From Patescibacteria group bacterium (GTDB taxonomy: Bacteria > Patescibacteriota > Patescibacteriia > Patescibacteriales > JBAZCA01), in the NCBI GenBank assembly GCA_041661505.1, contig JBAZUF010000001.1:369576-433575 (forward strand): a stretch of DNA of 64,000 nt, read 5' to 3'. This document shows positions 43,341-50,134 of this stretch, in pieces (positions within the stretch are counted from its first letter, which is position 1; the number at the start of each line of letters is the position of its first letter). A model generated the notes under the pieces. It made no database searches. It was not told the origin of the DNA and saw only the letters and a program-made list of their open reading frames with translations. The position numbers and the translations under genes were made by a program.

Positions 43341-43369
43341 ATTATATCTGATTAAAAGTGGCCAGTCAA
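43341..43369 (-). promoter_or_regulatory. Sigma70-like promoter TTGACT-17-TATAAT driving the riboswitch leader
   Basis: The minus strand reads ttgactggccacttttaatcagatataat. Confidence 0.65.
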
Positions 43370-43397
43370 CAATTGCGCATCGCCTTAGTCTTTTAGA

Positions 43398-43406
43398 CCC
43401 CCCCCC
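43398..43406. repeat. Homopolymeric C9 tract just upstream of the hsp20 -35 box
   Basis: agaCCCCCCCCCttgcccc, read directly. Confidence 0.9.
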
Positions 43407-43413
43407 TTGCCCC

Positions 43414-43442
43414 TTGCTACTACCGTAAAAAAATAATATAAT
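43414..43442 (+). promoter_or_regulatory. Sigma70-like promoter TTGCTA-17-TATAAT for hsp20
   Basis: ttgctactaccgtaaaaaaataatataat. Confidence 0.55.
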
Positions 43443-43485
43443 GAAAGCAGGCAAAACTTAAAAAAACTAACCCGGCAATAAAACT

Positions 43486-43956
43486 ATGGCTAATCTTTTC
43501 AAAAAATTAGCGGGTCTCAATAACGCAATTGAAATAACCAACCTGGCCGAAGGAGAAACCGAAGCCGGGGAATGGGGCGAAGAAGGCGCCAAAGAAGACG
43601 GATGGCTGGGTGAAGAATTTGACGAGGGCCAGCTTTCGATTGATGTTTACCAGACTCCGGAAAATATCGTAGTAAAATCGACCATCGCCGGCGTAAAACC
43701 CCAGGATATTGACATTTCAATCAACAATGATATGCTGACCATCCGCGGACGGCGGGAAATGGGAGAAACTGTCCGGGAAGAAAATTACCTTTTCCGGGAA
43801 TGCTACTGGGGCAATTTTTCCCGCTCGGTAATTTTGCCGGTGGAAGTAAAAGCGGAAAAAATCGAAGCTACTTTGGAAAACGGCATTCTTACCATTGTCT
43901 TGCCTAAGGCTAAGACTATGAAGCAGATTTCGGTTAAGGTGAAAGAAATATTATAA
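43486..43956 (+). CDS. Hsp20/alpha-crystallin small heat-shock protein
   Basis: Alpha-crystallin domain with DVYQTPENIVVKSTIAGV, LTIRGRRE and ENGILTIVLPK. Confidence 0.85.
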   Translation: MANLFKKLAGLNNAIEITNLAEGETEAGEWGEEGAKEDGWLGEEFDEGQLSIDVYQTPENIVVKSTIAGVKPQDIDISINNDMLTIRGRREMGETVREENYLFRECYWGNFSRSVILPVEVKAEKIEATLENGILTIVLPKAKTMKQISVKVKEIL

Positions 43957-44014
43957 TGAATTTTCGGATGGGGAAAATCCGCGATACGGGAAAATACCGG
44001 CTAATCTTAAAGGC

Positions 44015-44248
44015 ATGAAAATAATTTTCATAATCGATCGCTTCGAGGGGGAAGAAGCCATTTTAAAAACCGAAGACGGAAAAGAGACGGTAGCCTTTCC
44101 CCGCCGCCTTCTGCCAGCGGCAAACGAGGGGGCGATGATCAATTTTGACTTAAAAACTTTGAAAGAAGCCGAGGAGGAAAAGAGAAAAAAGGCCAAAGAC
44201 GTTTTAAATGAGATTTTAAATCTGGAAGAAGAAAGCCCTGACAATTAA
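44015..44248 (+). CDS. DUF3006-family small protein
   Basis: MKIIFIIDRFEGEEAILKTEDGKETVAFPRRLLPAANEGAMINFDL is a typical DUF3006 pattern. Confidence 0.65.
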   Translation: MKIIFIIDRFEGEEAILKTEDGKETVAFPRRLLPAANEGAMINFDLKTLKEAEEEKRKKAKDVLNEILNLEEESPDN

Positions 44249-44293
44249 GGCCGTCGGGCCGGAAAAAAGGGAAAGAAGCCTGTTTCAAAATCA

Positions 44294-46267
44294 ATGCCGA
44301 GCTTATCCGCCAAATTCGACAGTTGGAAGCAGAACAGATTGCTTAGTTTAGCAGTCGTTTTTTTTATTGCTTTATTAGTTTTTTTGGGGATTCTATGCGC
44401 CGCTATTTTCATTTTTCAAAGCCAGTATAAAGGCAAGGCCTACCCCGGGGTTTACGCCGGCAATATTAATCTGGGCGGAAAAAACCAAAATGAGGTTAAT
44501 TCCATCCTGGCAGAAAAATTTTCCGAGATTGATAAAAACGGCATTCTTTTTTATCGCGGAAACGGCCAAGTTATCGTTTACCCGGCATTGGCGGAAAGCG
44601 CCGATATTGCCGTTAACTTAATCAGTCTCGATCTTGACGCGACCTCAAAAAATATTTTCCAATACGGAAGAGGGGCAAGCTTCTTCTCCGGCCTTTTAGA
44701 TATCTTAAACGCCGCGGTTTACGGGGAAAGAGTTTTTTTAGCCGTCGAAACTAATGATGAAAAGATAAAAGAGCTTTTGGAAAACGGCTTCACTCCCCTA
44801 GAAGTCCAGGCTAAAAGCGCCGGCCTTGAATACGCAAACGGGGCGTTCGCCGTTACCCGGGAGCAGTCCGGCCAGCTGGTAAATTATGACAAGGCTTTAA
44901 ATTCTTTAAAAAGCAATTTAAGGCGGGCCAATTTCTCCCCGATTGAAGTCGAAATTAGCCAAGTTGCCAGTCCCGAAGTAAGCTATAGCGAAGTTTTGGA
45001 AAGCGACGCCATTAACCGCGCGGAAAGCATTATCGGCCTGGCGCCGCTGACTTTAACCTGCAAGGACAAAAAATGGCCAATCGCGAAAGAGGACTTGGCG
45101 GGCTTCCTTGCCTTGAAAAAGGATTATGCTTACTGCCAGGCCAATCCGGCGGAATGCGAAAATACAGCTTTAAGCAAGATTAAGGTTGGAATCGATGAAG
45201 ATAAGTTCAGGGAATACCTGGAAAAAAACGTATCTCCGCAAATCGATATCGCGGCCCAGGATGCCAGGTTTAAAATCGAGAATGGCGCCGTTACCGAATT
45301 CCAGGGATCAAACGACGGACAAAAATTAGACCTGGAAAAAAGTCTGGCTAAAATAGAATTTGAGCTGGCTATCAAAAAAAATAATAAAGTCGAGCTGGCG
45401 GTCGAGGTTACCAAAAGCGGCTTAAGCCAAGAAAGCGTAAACGAATACGGGATAAAAGAAATTGTCGGAATCGGAGAATCGAATTTTGCCGGAAGTCCGA
45501 CCAACCGGAGAAAAAATATCCGTACCGGCGCCAATAAGTTAAATGGAGTATTAATCCGCCCGGGCGAAGAATTCTCACTGCTTAAAGCTTTGGGCAAAAT
45601 TGACGGCACTACCGGATATTTCACCGAGCTGGTAATCAAAGGCAACAAAACCATTCCCGAATACGGCGGCGGGCTGTGCCAAATCGGAACAACGGTTTTC
45701 CGCGCCGCTTTGGCTTCGGGCCTGCCGATTACCGCTCGCGCCAACCATTCTTACCGGGTCCAGTATTATGAGCCGGCCGGAACTGACGCGACGATTTATG
45801 ATCCGGCGCCGGATTTAAAATTTTTAAATGACACGGGAAATTACATCCTTATCCAGTCCCGCATTGAAGGCAATTATTTATATTTTGATTTCTGGGGAGC
45901 TAAAGACGGCCGCCAAATTACGAAGACCAAGCCCGTTATCTACAACATTGTTAAACCCGCGCCCCAGAAAATCGTTGAAACCACCGACTTAAAGCCGGGC
46001 GAAAAAAAGTGCACGGAAAAAGCCCATAACGGCGCGGACGCCTATTTTGATTATAAAGTCATCTATCCTTCGGGCGAGGCAAAAGAAAAAAGATTTTCTT
46101 CCCATTATCGCCCCTGGCAGGCAGTCTGCCTTTTAGGGGTGGAAAAATTATCGGCCGAAGCAAATGTCCAGACTCCCGCCGTCCAGAGCACCGGCTCAAG
46201 TACTATCCAGACTCCCGCACCTGCCGTCCCTTCTTCCGGGGAAACCCCGCCAGTTCCAAGCCAATAA
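44294..46267 (+). CDS. VanW-family protein, membrane-anchored
   Basis: N-terminal TM helix; VanW core GYFTELVIKGNKTIPEYGGGLCQIGTTVFRAALASGLPITARANHSY. Confidence 0.8.
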   Translation: MPSLSAKFDSWKQNRLLSLAVVFFIALLVFLGILCAAIFIFQSQYKGKAYPGVYAGNINLGGKNQNEVNSILAEKFSEIDKNGILFYRGNGQVIVYPALAESADIAVNLISLDLDATSKNIFQYGRGASFFSGLLDILNAAVYGERVFLAVETNDEKIKELLENGFTPLEVQAKSAGLEYANGAFAVTREQSGQLVNYDKALNSLKSNLRRANFSPIEVEISQVASPEVSYSEVLESDAINRAESIIGLAPLTLTCKDKKWPIAKEDLAGFLALKKDYAYCQANPAECENTALSKIKVGIDEDKFREYLEKNVSPQIDIAAQDARFKIENGAVTEFQGSNDGQKLDLEKSLAKIEFELAIKKNNKVELAVEVTKSGLSQESVNEYGIKEIVGIGESNFAGSPTNRRKNIRTGANKLNGVLIRPGEEFSLLKALGKIDGTTGYFTELVIKGNKTIPEYGGGLCQIGTTVFRAALASGLPITARANHSYRVQYYEPAGTDATIYDPAPDLKFLNDTGNYILIQSRIEGNYLYFDFWGAKDGRQITKTKPVIYNIVKPAPQKIVETTDLKPGEKKCTEKAHNGADAYFDYKVIYPSGEAKEKRFSSHYRPWQAVCLLGVEKLSAEANVQTPAVQSTGSSTIQTPAPAVPSSGETPPVPSQ

Positions 46268-46270
46268 AAA

Positions 46271-46390
46271 AAGGCCGGATTAAGCGGGCAGGCAAGAAGT
46301 TTCCATCACCATTTCCCCAGTTAAAGAACCGGGTAAACGTGACGAGAAAATCCCCATGCTTGTCGTGCCTGGCCCGCTTAATACGGCCTT
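46271..46390. repeat. 120-nt element bounded by 24/25-nt inverted repeats (long rod-like hairpin)
   Basis: aaggccggattaagcgggcaggca (46271-46294) pairs with tgcctggcccgcttaatacggcctt (46366-46390): 23 bp with one mismatch and one bulge. An interior hairpin is cccagtt-aaag-aaccggg. An A8 run precedes the element, which gives a T-run after the hairpin on the minus strand. Confidence 0.65.
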
Positions 46391-46530
46391 TGCACTATTA
46401 ATTACACTATTTTACTATATATTTGTTTGCTATAATGCAATGTTTTCGCTATTGCCACGAGAACTTACCAATATAGCACACATATTTGGGGTTGTCAAGC
46501 GCAAGAGGAAAAATACTAATGTTTTCTTAT

Positions 46531-47322
46531 ATGAATCATAAAATTATTACCAGCCGGGAAAATCCGAAAATAAAAGAAATAATCAAGCTGAAATCAAGCC
46601 GCAAAGAGCGCGAAGCCAAGGCCTTGGCTGTCGCCGAAGGCTACCGGGAATTAAATTTAGCCTTGCAAGCTGAACATAATATCGATTCCCTCTTTTTTTG
46701 CCCCGAATTTTTAAAGGGCAGGCCAATATTTAATCTTCCACCAGACAAACTGATTGAGGTTTCGCCGTCGGTCTTTGAAAAAATTTCTTTTCGCGAAAAT
46801 CCGGACGGCGTCCTGGCAATACTGCGCTTAACCCCTCCTTCATTAGCCGGCATTAAACTTTCAAAAAATCCACTGGTAATAGTTTTGGAAGCGGTAGAAA
46901 AGCCCGGCAACCTCGGGGCGATCCTGCGGACCGCCGACGCGGCCGGTGTCGACGCGGTTTTGATTTCTGATCCGAAGACCGATTTATATAATCCCAATGT
47001 CATTCGCGCGAGCCAGGGAACGATTTTTACTACGCGGGTCGCGGCTGGTTCGCGCGGCGAGATTCTTGCGTTCCTGGGATCCAAAGGCATTTCCCTCATA
47101 GCTACGACGCCGGGAGCAAAGAAACTTTACACCCAGATTGATTTAAAAAAACCGACCGCAATTTTAATGGGAACCGAAGACCGGGGCTTGTCAGACGCCT
47201 GGCTAAAAGCGGCCGATGAAAAAGTTAAAATCCCCATGTACGGAAAAATCGATTCATTGAATGTTTCCGTTTCCGCCGCCGTAATAGTCTATGAAGCTTT
47301 GCGCCAGCGAACGCGGGATTAA
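46531..47322 (+). CDS. TrmH/SpoU-family RNA 2'-O-methyltransferase
   Basis: VIVLEAVEKPGNLGAILRTADAAGVD and IPMYGKIDSLNVSVSAAVIVYE. The start is ATG 46531 or 46519 (the track starts further upstream). Confidence 0.8.
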   Translation: MNHKIITSRENPKIKEIIKLKSSRKEREAKALAVAEGYRELNLALQAEHNIDSLFFCPEFLKGRPIFNLPPDKLIEVSPSVFEKISFRENPDGVLAILRLTPPSLAGIKLSKNPLVIVLEAVEKPGNLGAILRTADAAGVDAVLISDPKTDLYNPNVIRASQGTIFTTRVAAGSRGEILAFLGSKGISLIATTPGAKKLYTQIDLKKPTAILMGTEDRGLSDAWLKAADEKVKIPMYGKIDSLNVSVSAAVIVYEALRQRTRD

Positions 47323-47502
47323 GCTTCTGCCTCCGCCATTAATTGACTAACAGCACTTTCTTTGTTAATATATTTTTGACCCGTAAAGGGATATTTTTAT
47401 TTTTCAGAGGACATTAACCATAGCTTAAAATCATTAAGCTGGAGTTAAGTAAAGAAAAGTACTGGAAATCAGGATGTGGCAAAGAAAAAATAAAAACTAC
47501 CT

Positions 47503-47558
47503 GGAGTGGTAGCTCAGTTGGTTGCCTGCCTGCCGGCAGGCAGGGAGCGCTGCCCTGT
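47503..47558 (+). pseudogene. Displaced tRNA-Asp 5' fragment (nt 1-35) interrupted by the 20-nt palindrome CCTGCCTGCCGGCAGGCAGG
   Basis: ggagtggtagctcagttggtt G [palindrome 47525-47544] gagcgctgccctgt. Homology to the tRNA ends after anticodon position 35. Confidence 0.8.
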
Positions 47559-47559
47559 T

Positions 47560-47874
47560 ATGTTCTATATTTATGCTCTGTTATTTGAATCAGGCAGAAT
47601 ATACGTCGGTATGACGTCTGATTTAGAAACCCGAATAAAAGATCATAAACGTGGAAAGACAAAATCCACAAAAAACAGAGGAAATTTCCAAGTCGCAATT
47701 CTTGGGGAAGCAGAAAACCGGACAAACGCACGCCAAAAAGAAAAGTACTGGAAATCAGGATGTGGCAAAGAAAAAATAAAAACTACCTGGAGTGGTAGCT
47801 CAGTTGGTTACCTGCCTGCCGGCAGGCAGGGAGCGCTGCCCTGTTATGTTCTATATTTATGCTCTGTTATTTGA
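47560..47874 (+). CDS. GIY-YIG nuclease-family protein (YhbQ-like), copy 1, with read-through extension because the stop is disrupted
   Basis: MFYIYALLFESGRIYVGMTSDLETRIKDHKRGKTKSTKNRG... has the GIY...YVG motif. The palindrome destroys the TAG used by copy 2, so the frame continues for 21 codons. Confidence 0.65.
   Translation: MFYIYALLFESGRIYVGMTSDLETRIKDHKRGKTKSTKNRGNFQVAILGEAENRTNARQKEKYWKSGCGKEKIKTTWSGSSVGYLPAGRQGALPCYVLYLCSVI
47789..47844 (+). pseudogene. Second displaced tRNA-Asp 5' fragment with the same 20-nt palindrome (47811-47830)
   Basis: ggttA[cctgcctgccggcaggcagg]GAGCGC is an exact insertion relative to ggttAGAGCGC of the intact tRNA. Confidence 0.8.
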
Positions 47875-48097
47875 ATCAGGCAGAATATACGTCGGTATGA
47901 CGTCTGATTTAGAAACCCGAATAAAAGATCATAAACGTGGAAAGACAAAATCCACAAAAAACAGAGGAAATTTCCAAGTCGCAATTCTTGGGGAAGCAGA
48001 AAACCGGACAAACGCACGCCAAAAAGAAAAGTACTGGAAATCAGGATGTGGCAAAGAAAAAATAAAAACTACCTGGAGTGGTAGCTCAGTTGGTTAG
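47846..48097 (+). CDS. GIY-YIG nuclease-family protein (YhbQ-like), copy 2; the last 8 codons lie inside tRNA-Asp
   Basis: 83 aa. The ORF ends ...KTTWSGSSVG-TAG, where tgg agt ggt agc tca gtt ggt tag covers tRNA nucleotides 1-23. Confidence 0.75.
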   Translation: MFYIYALLFESGRIYVGMTSDLETRIKDHKRGKTKSTKNRGNFQVAILGEAENRTNARQKEKYWKSGCGKEKIKTTWSGSSVG

Positions 48098-48148
48098 AGC
48101 GCTGCCCTGTCACGGCAGAGGTCGCGGGTTCGAGCCCCGTCCGCTCCG
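48075..48148 (+). tRNA. tRNA-Asp (anticodon GUC), CCA not encoded
   Basis: ggagtggtagctcagttggttagagcgctgccCTGTCACggcagaggtcgcgggttcgagccccgtccgctccg. Confidence 0.9.
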
Positions 48149-48160
48149 CAATAACTTTAA

Positions 48161-48184
48161 ACAGGCTTGATGGCCTGTTTTTTG
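48161..48184 (+). terminator. Rho-independent terminator after tRNA-Asp
   Basis: acaggc-ttgatg-gcctgt followed by ttttttg. Confidence 0.8.
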
Positions 48185-48190
48185 TTGTCA

Positions 48191-48219
48191 TTGACTATAA
48201 CGAACAAATATGGTAATCT
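48191..48219 (+). promoter_or_regulatory. Promoter TTGACT-17-TAATCT with a TG extension
   Basis: ttgactataacgaacaaatatggtaatct. Confidence 0.45.
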
Positions 48220-48270
48220 AATCGGCTGGCCATTTTTATATCATAAACCTCAAACACAGGAGTTCCTCCC

Positions 48271-48435
48271 ATGAGAGTGAAAGAATTTTTCGCAAGTTTG
48301 GGACTCATAATTGTTGGGATCGTAATTTTTCTGGCGATCCTTTTGACGGTCGCGGCCCAGCCTGCCGAGGAACCAGAACTGGTAGGCGGCAAGCCGGTAG
48401 CGAGTCTGGCCTGCAACGCAGGCAGACCTACATGA
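48271..48435 (+). CDS. Small single-pass membrane protein (54 aa), not in the ORF track
   Basis: The AGGAG-containing stretch caggagttcctccc precedes the ATG. The product is MRVKEFFASLGLIIVGIVIFLAILLTVAAQPAEEPELVGGKPVASLACNAGRPT. It has its own promoter and terminator. Confidence 0.5.
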   Translation: MRVKEFFASLGLIIVGIVIFLAILLTVAAQPAEEPELVGGKPVASLACNAGRPT

Positions 48436-48472
48436 ACCTTTAAATGATTAGCCTGGGCGTTGCCCGGGCCAC

Positions 48473-48517
48473 ACCCTTGCCGGAATTTTTATTCTTTCCG
48501 GCAAGGGTTGTTTTTTT
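48473..48517 (+). terminator. Rho-independent terminator
   Basis: acccttgccgga-N12-tccggcaagggt followed by tgttttttt. Confidence 0.8.
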
Positions 48518-48618
48518 ATAACCGAAAAAATTACCAAATAGATGTAAGGCACACGCAAGTTGCGGGAAACGGACCCAAAAGTCCCTTACCGTACAAAGCG
48601 CCTTGCATCCTTTTTTTG

Positions 48619-48646
48619 TTGCCAAAATATTTAATAGCATTATAAT
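48619..48646 (+). promoter_or_regulatory. Promoter TTGCCA-16-TATAAT; the -10 ends 7 nt before the greA ATG (leaderless-type arrangement)
   Basis: ttgccaaaatatttaatagcattataattaaaaccATG. Confidence 0.5.
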
Positions 48647-48653
48647 TAAAACC

Positions 48654-49148
48654 ATGAGAGTGCCAATTAGAAAACCAGGAAAATATACCCATCTAAAGCC
48701 AGACCCCCATCTGACCGAGGAAAAATATAATGAGCTCAAGTCAAAACTGGTTCGCATGTTAAAGTCGCGTCCGCCCCTGATTGAAGAAGTAAAATTCCAT
48801 GCCCTAAACGGCGACTTCTCGGAAAACGCCGCTTACCAGATTGCCAAAGGGCGCCTCCGAGGCTTAAACCAGCGCATAATTGAGCTGGAAGACCATCTTA
48901 AACAGGCAATAATTATCAGCCCGAGAAATAACTTTCGGATTGAGGCCGGGCACAAGGTAACGGTTTTAGTCCGGGGGAAAGAAAAAATTTATAAAATCCT
49001 TGGCTCTTCCGAAACTGACCCGGACAAGGGAATAATCTCCCGCAATTCTCCGATAGGCTCGGCGCTCTTAGGCCGCAAGGCCGGCGACCGGGTAAAAGTG
49101 CGCTTAGCCGAAAAGGAAGTAATATATGAGATTTTAAAAATTGAATAA
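48654..49148 (+). CDS. greA: GreA-family transcription elongation factor
   Basis: The C-terminal domain has ISRNSPIGSALLGRKAGDRVKV, and the N-terminal part is a coiled-coil. I prefer ATG 48654. Confidence 0.75.
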   Translation: MRVPIRKPGKYTHLKPDPHLTEEKYNELKSKLVRMLKSRPPLIEEVKFHALNGDFSENAAYQIAKGRLRGLNQRIIELEDHLKQAIIISPRNNFRIEAGHKVTVLVRGKEKIYKILGSSETDPDKGIISRNSPIGSALLGRKAGDRVKVRLAEKEVIYEILKIE

Positions 49149-49177
49149 GGACGTTTCAAGACTAGACCATAAAAAAA

Positions 49178-49207
49178 CAGGGCCAGTTCAAGGCTCTGTT
49201 TTTTTAT
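49178..49207 (+). terminator. Rho-independent terminator after greA
   Basis: cagggcc-agttcaa-ggctctg followed by ttttttt. Confidence 0.7.
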
Positions 49208-49328
49208 TTTGCTGGAGTGGGCATATTATCATAAAAAGGGCATGCCAGCTTATTACCTCCGGCTCTTGACATTAATGTTAGAATAATATAACATATAAAT
49301 AGTTAGAAATAATTAACCTTAAAAACCT

Positions 49329-49889
49329 ATGACTCTTAAAAAATTCCGGGCGCTAAAAATTGTCGTGGCCGCCATCCTCTCCGCCTTAGTAGCCCAGGCG
49401 GTAATCATCAACAATTTTTATCTCGCGGCCGCGGGCGTATTAATCGCCATGGCCCTAATTTTGATAATGCGCCGCCAGGTAAAAGAAGTAGTGGCGGATG
49501 AGAGGGATTATGAGATTGCCGGCAAAGCGGCCCGCTGGTCATTAACCATCTTTTCCATCATTGGCTCAATAGCAGTTTTTGTTTTACTGGCCCTCCGGAG
49601 CGAAAACCCTATTTTTGAGGCCGTCGGTTCGGCCTTAGCCTATTCGATTTGCTCCCTGCTTCTTTTAAATGGTTTGATCTTTAGCTATTTAAATAAATCC
49701 TTTACCGGCGGACGGAAAACCCTATATTTTATCCTGGCCGCGGTTTTGATTTTAATCTTTACCGTTGCCGGGTTAAGGCTATTTTCCGGAGAAGACGGCT
49801 GGATCTGTGTAAACGGCCAATGGGTTGAGCACGGCCATCCAAGATCCCCGATGCCGGATTCGGTCTGTGGCAAAGCCAGCGGACAATAA
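49329..49889 (+). CDS. DUF2178-family membrane protein
   Basis: Four TM segments, [17 protein letters not shown], and an adjacent XRE regulator, which is a typical pairing. Confidence 0.65.
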   Translation: MTLKKFRALKIVVAAILSALVAQAVIINNFYLAAAGVLIAMALILIMRRQVKEVVADERDYEIAGKAARWSLTIFSIIGSIAVFVLLALRSENPIFEAVGSALAYSICSLLLLNGLIFSYLNKSFTGGRKTLYFILAAVLILIFTVAGLRLFSGEDGWICVNGQWVEHGHPRSPMPDSVCGKASGQ

Positions 49890-49893
49890 TCTT

Positions 49894-50088
49894 ATGACTA
49901 ATAGAATCAAGGAATTAAGGCAAAAATTCGGACTCACCCAGGAAGAACTGGCGAACATCGCCGGGGTCAGGCGGGAAACTATTATTTTTTTGGAACAAGG
50001 AAAATATAATCCTTCCTTAAAATTGGCGCATGACGTGGCGCGGGCGCTAAAGGCGAAAATTGATGACGTTTTTATATTCGGTAAATAA
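49894..50088 (+). CDS. XRE-family helix-turn-helix transcriptional regulator
   Basis: [52 protein letters not shown]. Confidence 0.85.
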   Translation: MTNRIKELRQKFGLTQEELANIAGVRRETIIFLEQGKYNPSLKLAHDVARALKAKIDDVFIFGK

Positions 50089-50134
50089 AAAAACGCCTTA
50101 ATTAAGGCATTTATTTTCCAATAATTTTTCAGTT

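Larger units (their letters stand above)
47451..48110 (+). repeat. Tandem repeat of a 286-bp unit (about 2.3 copies), each unit holding a GIY-YIG ORF plus the 5' half of tRNA-Asp
   Basis: The units starting at 47451 and 47737 look identical by eye except for G at 47524 versus A at 47810. The last partial unit is the 5' half of the intact tRNA-Asp. Confidence 0.85.

Noticed and set aside
46271-46390. SRP (4.5S) RNA.
   Set aside because: The shape is rod-like, but the conserved domain IV features (GNAR tetraloop, flanking AGCA/GGAA loops) are absent on both strands.
47506-47559. N-terminal extension MVAQLVACLPAGRERCPV of the GIY-YIG ORFs in the track (also at 47792-47845).
   Set aside because: This segment is the translation of the tRNA-Asp 5' fragment plus the palindrome. 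The conserved GIY-YIG domain starts at the internal ATG (MFYIYAL...).
47451-48110. Possible CRISPR array or other short-repeat array.
   Set aside because: The period is 286 bp with no unique spacers. The unit is a coding gene plus a tRNA fragment, and no cas genes are present in the window.
48195-48757. Minus-strand ORFs 48195-48416 and 48440-48757.
   Set aside because: The plus strand offers a promoter, SD, 54-aa ORF and terminator, followed by the greA promoter. The minus ORFs would run through both terminator hairpins.
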